A DNA stretch of 63,960 bases, the filler included, from Octopus bimaculoides (Eukaryota): the NCBI RefSeq assembly GCF_001194135.2. It is 7 parts of 6 records of this genome, joined end to end, with 100 filler letters (N's around TTAATTAATTAA, not from the genome) between each part and the next. Parts side by side here need not be neighbours in the genome. Positions count along the whole stretch, not along the records: positions 16,582 to 31,747 come from NC_069001.1; positions 31,848 to 39,553 come from NC_068981.1; 5 more parts are not named here. One strand, given 5' to 3'. The notes below the pieces were generated by a model. The model saw only the letters and a list, made by a program, of their open reading frames with translations, did no database searches and was not told the DNA's origin. Below are positions 25,775-37,934 of this stretch, one piece after another. Every line of letters begins with the position of its first letter. The stretch's first letter is position 1. The translations under genes and the position numbers were made by a program.

Positions 25775-26960
25775 TCTAGTCGAGCATTGAGACACTTGGG
25801 GCCCAGTTGTTGTGCCTTTCTATCACATTCGGAGTCAATGATTGCGTTGTTTGCATAAGGCGCATGCGCTGAAGCATGAGAATCCGAAAGCCGTTCTAGT
25901 CAAGATCTCATCAACTACTTCAAGTAAACTTGAAGAAGAGGGCGAGAGTAGAGAGGGTGATACTGCCTTCTTGTGTGTTCAGCGACAGGTGAATGATAGT
26001 GAATGAAACTGGCGAGGTTAAACAAACCTATCCTGAGTGTGCTTGGAAGGAAATTGGAGAAAGGCAATAGTGATGCCTTAGCTATGACAGAGTAATCCGA
26101 CCATTTGTGGAGGGATTTCCTCCGAATTACCAGAGGTGGTCTGCCTTTCTACTGTGTGCTTTTCTTGTAATTCTTTATGGTTAAAGTTTTTTTTCTTTCT
26201 TAATTCCTCTGTATCGAGTAATTTTCTCGTTAAAAATGTTTGTTGTTGTTCTTTCAATTGTTTGTGTAAATCCCCACAGCTCTTTGTCTTCGTACTGTCC
26301 TGAATATTATTATTACTGATGCTCGCAGAAATTTTAGCACGCCGAACAAAATGTTTAGCATCATTTCCTCCGGCTTTACACTCTTAGTTCAAATTCCGCC
26401 GAAGTCGACTTTGCTTTTCATCCTTTCGGAGTCGATGGAATAAGTACCAGTTGAGCACTGGGGTCGATTACATCGACTAGTTCCCTCCCTAAAATTTCAG
26501 GCCTTGCATCTTTGCCTCGTGGCCTTAGCGAAAGAGGTTATGAGGTAGACCAGGTTGAAAGGGCGAAGACAGGTACTTTTCTCTTTGGCCAAGCCCTCAT
26601 CAACTTTTTCAAATTTCACTTAAAAAGGAAAGTGAGGGTGGAGAGGGAGGTTCTGACCCCTAGTAACTTTGTTAAAAGTTGGGTAAATGCCGTAAGAAAG
26701 GCCCGAGTGAATGGGCCTACTCTAAGCATGCCCCTGCAGGTAAAACGGGAAGGCACCTGGTGGTCAGGACGTTTGTGGATTCGTGGGGTTTTCACGAGCA
26801 GTCATAGGAGATATCCCACTTTTAGGGAATTTTTTTTTTGTTATATTTGATCATTGTTTCTGTTTTTCATTGTTTACACGCTTTTCATGTAAACCCACGT
26901 TGTACTTGTCCTCTGCTGTCCATTTTGTCTTTCATGTAAACACTTTGTTTTTAATAAAGA
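25775..26960 (+). mobile_element. Two Tx1/L1-like 3'-end relics (about 25775-26280 and 26515-26960) in the last intron, separated by a SINE B
   Basis: GQALINFFKFHLKRKVRVEREVL...KSWVN matches the relic at 51165-52010. Confidence 0.65.
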
Positions 26961-27118
26961 AATTATTATTATTATCATTATTATTATTATTATTATCATT
27001 ATTATTATTATTATTATTATCATTTATTATTATTATTTTTATTATTACATATATACTTACATACATACATGCATACATACATACATACATGAATGATGTA
27101 TTTTTGCTATTATTACAG

Positions 27119-27299
27119 GGATATGTTTTTGAAGAAATTCAAAGAGCGTCCCGTGGAGGACTTCATGAAAGCCGATGCGGAACCAGTTGTTCAGGAGAAA
27201 TCAGAAGCAAAGAGTAATGCCATCCAAAATAATATCAGACAGTCTATGTCAAAGTTATTTTTAGGAATAGTTCTTATATTGCTGTTTTCTTGGAATTAA
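27119..27299 (+). CDS. Terminal coding exon (R-DMFLKKFKERPVEDFMKADAEPVVQEKSEAKSNAIQNNIRQSMSKLFLGIVLILLFSWN*) with GPI-signal-like tail
   Basis: Acceptor tttttgctattattacag ends at 27118 and the frame is open to TAA 27297-27299. It is phase-compatible with exon 25622-25758. A small-residue S-N-A site is followed by a polar spacer and a hydrophobic C-terminus. Confidence 0.7.
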
Positions 27300-29059
27300 T
27301 AGGACTCAAAAAATTTGGCAAAGTAAAAATCTTGCAGTTGCGAAAATATTGGAAACATGGCATTCTAGTTTTGAACCACGGTAACAACAAAGCATTCTTC
27401 AAAGCTAAGCTTTATTCTTATTGTGCTCGTTATTTTCTTATGTTTCTTCAAGGTGGCCAGCTAACAGAATCGTTAGCACGATGACCAGGGTGCTTGGCTG
27501 CATTTCTGTCCGTCTTTACGTTCTGAGTTCAAATTCCACCGAGGCCGACTTTGCCTTTCATCCTTTCGGGGGTCGATGAAATAAGTACCAGTTGACTACT
27601 GGGGTCGATGTGATCGATTTAACCCCCCCTCCCACATAAATTCCAATCCTTGTGCTTAAAATAGAAATGATTATTTTGCTGTATTTTCAATTCATTTATT
27701 TCTTGTGGTGTCTGTTGATGTTTGTGAATCCGTTATTCTGACTGTTCGTATTGCCATTGTTGTTATTATTGCTGCTGTTACTGTCCTTGTTTTATATACT
27801 GTTGTTGTTAGTGATGATGATGTTATGCGTGTTGCTGATGTTCTATTTAATGCTATAATCTTGCTCTTGGCCAATTCAGACCACAAACACAATTTTTATT
27901 CCCATGATACCACTGATTTCACAGTGTTCTGTTTCATTTGCCTCGCAAGACATACAACTTTTGTGAGTGAGCAACTGGGAGGCATTATCATGGGTTCGAT
28001 TTGCAATTAGTGCCTTATATTATGAAAGTTCGCGGCCAGCTGAGGACAAGTTCCTAATTCGATTCCAGGTTGTAGTTTTAGATTATTTTTTTTTCAATTA
28101 TCTGATGTCATTAATATTCTTAAGAAAGACATTAATGACAATAATATTTACGGTTTGGCTCTAATGTAAATAGGAGACCGTCATAAAACAAGTCATTATC
28201 GTAATTGTATTCGGTGGAGGATTCTCGATAATTGTATCTAGGCCGCGGTTTCAGCCCCTTGTTAGAGTTTATTACAGTAAATGCTTACGTCAAATATTCC
28301 CTTGGTAAATTTATCATTGCCCACCATTATCATCAATAAAATTAAAATTGTTATGTCAATGTAAGAATGTCTACAATATGCACAGTAGAGTAAGAAACGA
28401 TAAACTTCAGTGGGCGAGATTTTCTTCTAGGTTTCGAATCCTGCTTCAGATTATTTCATTTTATTTACTCCCTTTTAATTTCGTTGTTGAAAGAAAGAAC
28501 GTCACGATTTTCCGTTTCCCATTTTGCGCTAAGTTTGAGATTTTCGACGACGTAAGAAAGTAGTATTGAGGGAGACTTCAGATCAAAAACGAAAGTTTCC
28601 TAAATCAAAAGAATGAGCCGGAAATCAGAACTGCCTTGGATAAAAGTGTTGTAGGTCAAAAGAGCTTTTGGAAAGAGCTGAAGTTTAAAAACTCTGTGGG
28701 AACTGCCTCAGATCAAAAGTTTTCTGCTCCCAGTTGAAGGTGATCTCTTTCATTTAAGCCTTCAATGTATTTCAAAATGAAAGTAAAACGAACATCACAC
28801 AATTGTTTTCTCCCCTTCATTAATCATTTATGTATTGAGCCTTAAGCCTAAGAGACAATTCTAGTGATTGGTCACATTCTTTCTTCCGTTGCTGACGTTA
28901 AACTGAATCCTTGATTAAGGAACGTGTTTATCTTAAAGTAAAATAATGACTTTTCAATAAATGATGTCATGAAGCTGGTATAAGTTCCAATTTAGGGTGA
29001 CTTTATTTTCTACGATTACCCCCACCCCTCATTCTTTGTTGAAATATTTCGGTATCGTA

Positions 29060-29728
29060 TGTATAGACAGATTTAAACACCTCGTCTCTAGATACAGTAT
29101 GATTGTGGATAGAAAACGAGGAGTCAGCCGGGTTAATTTTAATCCTGTGTCGGGACTTCATCAGAGACTGTATAGCCTGTCCGTGGCGAGACTACTCAGG
29201 GAATTTCAGTTTCGTAATCAATCTCACACTTATAAGTCTAAAACTGTTTTTAAAAATTCTTATTCTTTGTGGCGCAATAAGACTTATATCTCAAATTAAC
29301 ATCACTGAATCTCATTTTCTCATCTCTGTAAATCGAAGTTTATCTTCATTTTATTTTGTTTTGTTTGTACTTAGGAAAAAAATTAAAACCAACCAGTGAA
29401 TATACAAACAAGGTGAATACATCTGTCTAGACATACATCGACAGATATATTTTGTGATACAATATGGCACTGAAACAAAACTGCGTTAACAAACCAGTAA
29501 TTTATTAATCAGACTAGCTGTCGAAAGTGTGTTATATTTGCCAATTAGTTTGTCCTATTTATTCCAGTTCATAGTAATAGCAAGTTGATAAACAGTGTCT
29601 CGGTGGACAGATTAATACAGTCTCTGATGGAATTCCTACACAGGATTAAAATTAGTCCGGCTTATCCATCGTTTTCTGTTCACGAAAATGCTGTATATAC
29701 AGACTAGCTGTTTAAATCTATCTATACA
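29060..29728. mobile_element. Unclassified TIR element with about 135-bp diverged inverted arms and TA flanks
   Basis: The reverse complement of 29060-29195 aligns with about 29595-29728 at roughly 75-80% identity by eye. Ends read TA|TGTATAG...CTATACA|TA. Confidence 0.6.
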
Positions 29729-30687
29729 TAATTCGTTGGCTACAATGTTTTAGAGTGGGGGCGCAATGGCCCAGTGGTAAGGGCAGCGGATTCGCGGTTT
29801 CGATTCCCAGACCGGGCGCTGTGTGTGTGTGTGTTTATTGAGCGAAAACACCTAAAGCTCCTAATCCGTTGATTATCTCTGGCCACCCGCCGGATTATTT
29901 CAACTATAGCCGCAAAGAAGCGGGATAGATACCGCAAGGTATTTTGTCCGATGTTTTAACAATTCTGTCAATCCACCTGCCCGGAATGATACTTTATTTA
30001 TTTGCCACGAAGCGATGAGTTAACCTCAACGGGATTTGAACTCAGAGAGCTGGAACAAATACCGCAGGGCAGGGCATTTTATCCGACGTTCTAACAACAC
30101 TGCCAGTTCACTACTTTTCAATATTATTGTATTGGTGAGTTAAGCTTCCTGGGAATTGAACCCCTGACACAGTTTACTCGTCATATGTGTTTTATTTAAC
30201 TTAGCTATTCCACTGGTAAAGGCATGAACGCTATAACTTCATAATCCCTGCTTCTCTAAACCAACGCTCAAACTACATAGTTTTATTTTTTGAAGAAAAC
30301 ATCATATTTTATTTATTGTTGAATTTCTTTTGTTTTATTTTTTTCTTATTGCTGTCATCGTCATTGTTGTTAAGGTTGCGGTTGTTGTTTGTTGTTCTTA
30401 TTGTTGTTGTAATAATATTAAAATCATAGAATTGTCTTCATTCTTATTGTTGTTACCGTGGTATGTTAATCTTGGCAGAAGTTTGCAGCTTGTATAGTGT
30501 CGGTGCTAGCAGCTTGTTGTTAGACCAGAAAGCGTGTATATGTTAGTTACACAGAAATCTTTTGACAGAAACAAACAATCAATAAGAGTTGGTCTGTAGT
30601 CAGAATACAAAATGATTTGGCGAGTTGTGTTTGTAATGGAGGAAACAAACTAAATACATAACAGAGTTTAGTCTTGTCTCTGTAGAC

Positions 30688-31268
30688 CAGTGATTCTCAA
30701 CCATTTTTTACCTATGGACCTCTTTGATTCCTGTTCTTCATATCCATTCGATGTTTTAAAAAGCCTATTATATTTTAATAATTAAATATTATTAGAAATT
30801 CCATCAAGAAATTGCTAAAATACTTTGTATATTGTAGAAGTAGTAGTAATCTATTATATATAGATTTTAACAAAAAGTCTTATATGGGCCCCCAAGGGTC
30901 ATATGAACCCCAGTTGAGAACCATTGCTCTAGACCAGGGGTCTCCCTGTCATTTTTTTTTTATCTATGGACCCCTTCGTTTAATATTTTATTCTGGTAGA
31001 CCCCCATAACTATTCGATGTTTAAAAACTAGTTGCATAGAAACTCCTTTCACAAGTCCTATTAACTTGTGTCGGTTGAACTATATAAAATGCTAAAGAAA
31101 CCTCGCTGTTTCTTGAAATACATACCAATACATACATCGAAAGTAAAAAATTTTCAGGGGTCCTTAAAATATTATTGTGGATCTCCACTTTGCTATTTTG
31201 TTGCATAGACCCCCAAAAGTCTTTTATGGACCCTCAAGAGTCATATGGACCCTGGTTGAGAACCGCTG
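30688..31268. mobile_element. Two abutting hAT-type MITEs (30688-30926 and 30935-31268)
   Basis: 8-bp flanks ctgtagac | ctctagac | ctccagac. TIRs are cagtgattctcaac/gttgagaaccattg and caggggtctc/gagaaccgctg. Confidence 0.8.
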
Positions 31269-31420
31269 CTCCAGACTTAGAAAGCACACTAACATCGACT
31301 TCCTGTCAACCCTTTAGAGATAATAAGATAATTACCAGTTGCACCCTGAAGTACATAATATCAACTATACTATCTGGTACTCTTCTGTAATCCTTATACG
31401 TTTAAGAAAGGCTTCGTTAA

Positions 31421-31630
31421 CCCTTTTACTGCAAACGCAGCTATATCCACTGAAAATGTCATTGCCCTTAACTGGGGAAAGTAGTTTTATATACCAATCT
31501 ATCTTCTGTTGGTTGAGATAACGTCAAGTTTACTGATAACGAGACTTGAAGAAAGTACCAGTTCGTCTTTTGGTAGATATTTAACATCATTACAAAAATA
31601 ACCATGGAATTCAATTTCGTAGTGAAAGGG
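31421..31630. mobile_element. piggyBac-type MITE
   Basis: TTAA|cccttttactgcaaa ... tttcgtagtgaaaggg|TTAA. Confidence 0.7.
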
Positions 31631-31847
31631 TTAAACCAAGGAGAAAGCCTCTCTGTGATTACTCGACCTGATAGAGATGGCAGCGGCGCAAATCTCTCTG
31701 AAATTACAGCCTACTGTCTTTAAAAAAAGGGGAGGGGGATACATAACNNNNNNNNNNNNNNNNNNNNNNNNNNNNNNNNNNNNNNNNNNNNTTAATTAAT
31801 TAANNNNNNNNNNNNNNNNNNNNNNNNNNNNNNNNNNNNNNNNNNNN

Positions 31848-32130
31848 TGTCAAGCGATGTTGGGGGGACAAACACAGACACACAAACATATACACACACA
31901 TACATATATATACGACGGGCTTCTTTCAGTTTCCGTCTACCAACTCCACTCACAACGCTTTGGTCGGCCCGAGGCTATAGTAGAAGACACTTGCCCAAGG
32001 TGCCACGCAGTGGGACTGAACCCGGAACCATGTGGCTGGTAAGCAAGCTACTTACCACACAGCCACTCCTGTGCCTACTTACCACACAGCCACTCCTGTG
32101 CCTACTTACCACACAGCCACTCGTGCGCCT
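31848..32130 (-). mobile_element. SINE family A with its 5' end triplicated (27-bp unit)
   Basis: ctacttaccacacagccactc occurs three times at about 32048-32130. Confidence 0.8.
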
Positions 32131-32139
32131 GGTAACATT

Positions 32140-32350
32140 TTTGGACAATTGCTGATTACATACGTCATGCCTTCCACTATAGAGTGACATAATCGACACT
32201 TGCGGTGGAATTTTCGAATTTTAAGAGCTTTATTGTACCGTTTGTTTTGGAGATATTTTGTAACTAACTCCTGCTCTAGGATTGCAAAAGTGTTACCGGG
32301 ATGAGACGTGATGCCGCAGTTACATCTCCAATAGTGGCGACACTTCATGT
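32140..32350 (-). mobile_element. RLE-type LINE zinc-knuckle relic
   Basis: Peptide EQELVTKYL...KCRLCHSIVEGMTYVISNCPKM (CCHC-type motif). Confidence 0.75.
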
Positions 32351-32554
32351 TAATATTATCGGTGAGCGAGCTTGAAAATTTGTTAACACGGCGGTCAAAA
32401 TGCTTAATGATATTTCGTCCGTTTTTACGTTCTGAGTTCAAATTCCGTCGATGTAATCGACTAGCCCCCTCCCTGATGTAATCGACTAGCCCCCTCCCTG
32501 AAATGCTGATCCTGTGCTGAAATTTGAAACCAATATTATCATCTTTGTCTAGTT

Positions 32555-33000
32555 TACAGGAAACATGCACATGCATAACCTTTTTGTAGTATATAAAGTA
32601 TTTCTCTTCTAGGTCTTCTTAACCCAGCACTTATGGGTCCGGATGGGAGGTCATCAGGAAGTATTTGTTGAGGAGTTCACTGCAAACCTGCAGAATGTTT
32701 TAAAGTGAAGGAAGGCCTTGTACAGGACTAATACCGTTCTCTTCACAACGTATGTATTTGTCCCAAAAGAAGTTGTAGTCTTCATCCTTGGATGCAAACG
32801 AAGTCGTAGGTGTTTCATCAGAGTTTTCCTTCCAGAGAGATGTCTAATCAAAAATACTAGGGTACTCTTACTCTCAGCTGTTGGATGACCGTTGACTCTA
32901 CTGAGCCCTGGCACCACTTGGTACGTTTCGCTTTTCGTCTTGCAGGATGTCACTGATTTGCAACAAGCAAAAGTAACTAGTTGTAAGTTGATATATCGCC
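32555..33000 (-). pseudogene. Decayed coding relic of unknown family, paralogous to 37935-38190
   Basis: Peptide FFWDKYIRCEENG...NILQVCSELLNKYFL...DLEEKYFIYYKKVMHVHVSCK with multiple stops. Confidence 0.45.
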
Positions 33001-33282
33001 ACATCAAAGTGGTTGTGCTATGTTACTACTAGTTTAAGCCTAGGCAGATATTCCGCCAGCTGGTTATCGGTATAGTGTTACACCCTATATATTACTAGCT
33101 GGTGGAGTTATATTTTTGCTTCTTGCAAATCAGTGACCGATGGTCGCTTTGTTTAGAATATATTGTTTTGTTTACAATATATTGTTTACAACACATCGCT
33201 CTGGAGACCAGATACTCGCGACTGGGGATGAGTCAACCAGCTCGAACCTAAGTCAGTCTCGCGATCCTGTTGTCTGCTAGAG

Positions 33283-33849
33283 CAGTGGTTCCCAAACTTT
33301 TTAGAGACGCGACCCACTATTTATGACACCAGTTTATTGGCGACCCACTAAACTCTACTGGGTAAAAACATTAATGAAAGAAACGAATTTATTTCAGATT
33401 ACATTTTCATTGAGGCTTGTGAGAAGGCCTCATTTATATTAAATGTGAAACAAAACGTTTTATAACTGTTTCAACGTCTCCATACCCTATGGACAGGTAT
33501 TAACTCTAATACAAAACCTCGAAGCAGTAACTCTTATCGGCTCGATCAGTGTTGTACTACTGCGCCTAGTTAAAGTTCTCTATAAATAGGTAAAAACAGA
33601 CTTTTCCTTTTTACGATTACGTACGAATAAATGACTTGAGAAAATGACCACCTCTGATTTGTTAAGTTCGTGAAAAAAGCCTACTGCTTGATAAAACAAC
33701 CAGTCTGGTATTGAAAACATGAGTCTTGAACTATCTCGATAGACAGCAGTTAATCAAAGCTAATGCGTAATTTTATAACTTTTTGCGACCCACTAGGATT
33801 CCGTTCGCGACCCATCAGTGGGTCGTGACTCATAGTTTGGGAACCACTG
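33283..33849. mobile_element. hAT-type non-autonomous element
   Basis: Perfect 8-bp TSD tgctagag and TIRs cagtggttcccaaact / agtttgggaaccactg. Confidence 0.9.
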
Positions 33850-34039
33850 TGCTAGAGGATGGTAGGTGTTCGCTTCCCTTGCTAGCATTATATAGGATGC
33901 AGAGCTGCACCGATAACTATTTTAACCGCTGGGGTGAAAGTAGTAGTAACATGGAACAGCCACTTTGATGTGGCCATTAACTTAACCTGTTTAGTTACTA
34001 TTCCGATCTCTTCTTGAGATTTTACAACTATATAATATA

Positions 34040-34253
34040 TAGGGTCGCCAAAAAGTAGGCCTACAGTTATTCAACTATCTCTTTCGCATTCATATATTAA
34101 CAGTTTAGATCTTAATTATAAAAAAAATATGAAACCATTATTTTATGCTAATTTAGTTAATTGTAAGATCGAAATTTAAATGTAATAAAGTGTTTTAAAA
34201 TAAAATTTAAAGTGCCTACGTGATAACTGTAAATATACTTTTGGGCCACCCTG
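34040..34253. mobile_element. Tc1/mariner-type MITE
   Basis: TIRs tagggtcgccaaaaagta...tacagtta / taactgta...tacttttgggccaccctg, with TA flanks. Confidence 0.7.
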
Positions 34254-34918
34254 TATANNNNNNNNNNNNNNNNNNNNNNNNNNNNNNNNNNNNNNNNNNN
34301 NNNNNNNNNNNNNNNNNNNNNNNNNNNNNNNNNNNNNNNNNNNNNNNNNNNNNNNNNNNNNNNNNNNNNNNNNNNNNNNNNNNNNNNNNNNNNNNNNNNN
34401 NNNNNNNNNNNNNNNNNNNNNNNNNNNNNNNNNNNNNNNNNNNNNNNNNNNNNNNNNNNNNNNNNNNNNNNNNNNNNNNNNNNNNNNNNNNNNNNNNNNN
34501 NNNNNNNNNNNNNNNNNNNNNNNNNNNNNNNNNNNNNNNNNNNNNNNNNNNNNNNNNNNNNNNNNNNNNNNNNNNNNNNNNNNNNNNNNNNNNNNNNNNN
34601 NNNNNNNNNNNNNNNNNNNNNNNNNNNNNNNNNNNNNNNNNNNNNNNNNNNNNNNNNNNNNNNNNNNNNNNNNNNNNNNNNNNNNNNNNNNNNNNNNNNN
34701 NNNNNNNNNNNNNNNNNNNNNNNNNNNNNNNNNNNNNNNNNNNNNNNNNNNNNNNNNNNNNNNNNNNNNNNNNNNNNNNNNNNNNNNNNNNNNNNNNNNN
34801 NNNNNNNNNNNNNNNNNNNNNNNNNNNNNNNNNNNNNNNNNNNNNNNNNNNNNNNNNNNATTTGCTTTTGTTCTTTTTTCCTTGGTGTAAAGTATATTTA
34901 CTTTCACATTCGTTATGT

Positions 34919-34982
<64 letters not shown>

Positions 34983-35206
34983 TGCGTGTGCGTGTAATTA
35001 TTAATATATGTATACATATATATATGTATATGTGTGTGTATAAAAAGGGTCAGTGAAATATGTGCATGCGCATGTGGATTATGTCTGTCTGTCTGTCTGT
35101 CTGTCTGTATGTATGTATGTATGTATGTATGTATGTGTGTGTGTCTGTATTTTGTATTGAACCGATCACTCACTTTTCATGCTGACTATACTTTGTCTAA
35201 AAGGTG

Positions 35207-35240
<34 letters not shown>

Positions 35241-35789
35241 TGTGTTGGCTCTAACGGTAGAAATAGGGTAATAATAATGTTTGTGGTAATGGTGGTGGTG
35301 GTGATGTCGGCTGTGGCGGCGGCGGTGGCGGTGATGGTGTTAGTGGGGATGGGATAGCTAAGTGCTTGGGTTGGTTACTCGTTCCCGTATATATGTTTGC
35401 GTGTAGATAGAAGGGTAACATTGACAGCAGGCGATGCCTGTGCGGGTTGTTTTAGTCAAATGGTACCCTCTGGCTGAGCAGACGAATTTATATCAAATGT
35501 ATTCCAACCGTAACCATTCCATATTTTAAAGTGTATCCAGGACTCCATTATTTAAAGTTTCATACCTTTTTTACGTCATTAAAGTTGTAATCCGAGGGGT
35601 ATTTAGCTACTGTTTCAAGCCGGTAGAATAATCACGTACAGGCTTCTTGTTGGTGGAGGTTATGCGTTGAAAAGGGTAAAAACTGAACAGAGAGATAGGG
35701 ATTGTTTTCGTGAATTATATAGATAAACGGTAGAAGGTAGCCGGTTCTTGGTAGTGGTTTTTCTTTTTTTCTTTTTGTATTTCATTATT

Positions 35790-36169
35790 TAGTTTTATTT
35801 CAAGATTTCTTGCCAATAGAAAAAGAGCCGGTTTCTAACCTAGATCCAAGACTTCCTTATTGGAATTTCAACAACACCAACGGAGTATTTTTTGTATGTA
35901 TGTATGTATGTATGTATGTATGTATGTATGTATGTATGTGCAAATTTGCTTTGTTTTATGTATGTATTCTCATGCATGTAATTGCATATCTAGACATGCT
36001 CATATATACTTAAATGATAAACTTCTGGTAAGTTTTACAGATTTGTACAGTTCCAGTGATAGCTTGGATATGTAGCCTTCATAACAGCTTTCTTCTTTCT
36101 GGTTTTGAGGAGCCTAATTTCTCAAGATTGGTATTTAGGCAGTGTGTTATATATCCAAATAATTATAGG

Positions 36170-36206
<37 letters not shown>

Positions 36207-36300
36207 GTGTTTGCACGTCATTTTTCAGTTTTATTTGAAGATTTCTTGCCAATAATTATAGGTATAAACCTGAACTTGTAAACTGGATTGAGTAACTTTA
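35790..36300 (-). mobile_element. RLE-type element 3' end (same family as 9310-9980) with nested 77-bp insert
   Basis: Clear nucleotide similarity to 9640-9960 (ttggatctaggttagaaaccggctcttt; GTV.ICKT). A 16-bp direct repeat aataattataggtata lies at 36158-36173 and 36251-36266. Confidence 0.85.
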
Positions 36301-36339
36301 GATTCCTCAATAGTTTAGTGTATTTTCTTTTTCGCTAAT

Positions 36340-36432
<93 letters not shown>

Positions 36433-37130
36433 NNNNNNNNNNNNNNNNNNNNNNNNNNNNNNNNNNNNNNNNNNNNNNNNNNNNNNNNNNNNNNNNNNNN
36501 NNNNNNNNNNNNNNNNNNNNNNNNNNNNNNNNNNNNNNNNNNNNNNNNNNNNNNNNNNNNNNNNNNNNNNNNNNNNNNNNNNNNNNNNNNNNNNNNNNNN
36601 NNNNNNNNNNNNNNNNNNNNNNNNNNNNNNNNNNNNNNNNNNNNNNNNNNNNNNNNNNNNNNNNNNNNNNNNNNNNNNNNNNNNNNNNNNNNNNNNNNNN
36701 NNNNNNNNNNNNNNNNNNNNNNNNNNNNNNNNNNNNNNNNNNNNNNNNNNNNNNNNNNNNNNNNNNNNNNNNNNNNNNNNNNNNNNNNNNNNNNNNNNNN
36801 NNNNNNNNNNNNNNNNNNNNNNNNNNNNNNNNNNNNNNNNNNNNNNNNNNNNNNNNNNNNNNNNNNNNNNNNNNNNNNNNNNNNNNNNNNNNNNNNNNNN
36901 NNNNNNNNNNNNNNNNNNNNNNNNNNNNNNNNNNNNNNNNNNNNNNNNNNNNNNNNNNNNNNNNNNNNNNNNNNNNNNNNNNNNNNNNNNNNNNNNNNNN
37001 NNNNNNNNNNNNNNNNNNNNNNNNNNNNNNNNNNNNNNNNNNNNNNNNNNNNNNNNNNNNNNNNNNNNNNNNNNNNNNNNNNNNNNNNNNNNNNNNNNNN
37101 NNNNNNNNNNNNNNNNNNNNNNNNNNNNNN

Positions 37131-37201
<71 letters not shown>

Positions 37202-37214
37202 TGTATGTATGTAT

Positions 37215-37420
37215 TCCTGGGCAATCTATCATACGAATGGTATACAGTGCATTAATTTGGCAACATCATATCGTAGTAACGATGACATTTTCGGGCTTCT
37301 ACTGATCACATGTGTAATGTCTTCAATAGAAGTGCGATATAAACGATACTTTTGTTTGCATCTTGGGGACTTAAGGGTATCAATTTTGTTCATGATTGTT
37401 CACGTCTCTTTTGTTCATTA
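37215..37420 (-). mobile_element. RLE-type LINE zinc-knuckle relic abutting (TACA)n
   Basis: Peptide KYRLYRTSIEDITHVISRSPKMSS...YDVAK is a decayed version of the motif at 32140-32350. Confidence 0.65.
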
Positions 37421-37934
37421 GGTATTTCGAATCTACTTCCTTCCTCCTCTCAGACTGCAAAAGCCTAACTTTCAAGATGTGACATGATATAACGGCTACG
37501 AGTTCAAGAGTGGCTAAATTTCAAGCTGATATTGATTTCAAATTTTGGCATAAGGCCAGTAATTTCGGGAGATGGGTAAGTCGAATGGATCGCCCCTAGT
37601 GTTCAGCTGGTACTTATTTTATCGACCCCGAAAAGATGAAAAGGGAATTCGACCTCGGCGGAATTTGGACTCAGAACATGAAGATGGGTGAAATGCCGCG
37701 AAGCATTTTGCCTGGCATACTAACGATTCTGTCAGCTCACCGTCTTACTCTAAATTAATATTATCATTTTCCTCTTGACGGGCAAAATGCTCAGCGGCAT
37801 TACGTCCTTCCTAAGGTTCTGAGTTCAAATTCCGCCGATGTCAACTTTGCTTTTCATACTTTCGAAGTTGATAAAATGATTACCAGTTGAGCACTAGGGT
37901 AGATGTAATCAACTCACTCCCTCCCTCAAATCTG

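Noticed and set aside
25622-27299. Loose resemblance of the exon peptide to GDPD or VWA C-termini
   Set aside because: Only two or three scattered residues match, which is not enough to name a family or gene symbol.
29135-29175. Minus-strand CTGATGA followed by a stem (agtcc/ggatt), resembling a hammerhead ribozyme
   Set aside because: The required GAAA is TAAA/AAAA in both arms of the element, and no stem III or cleavage triplet is evident.
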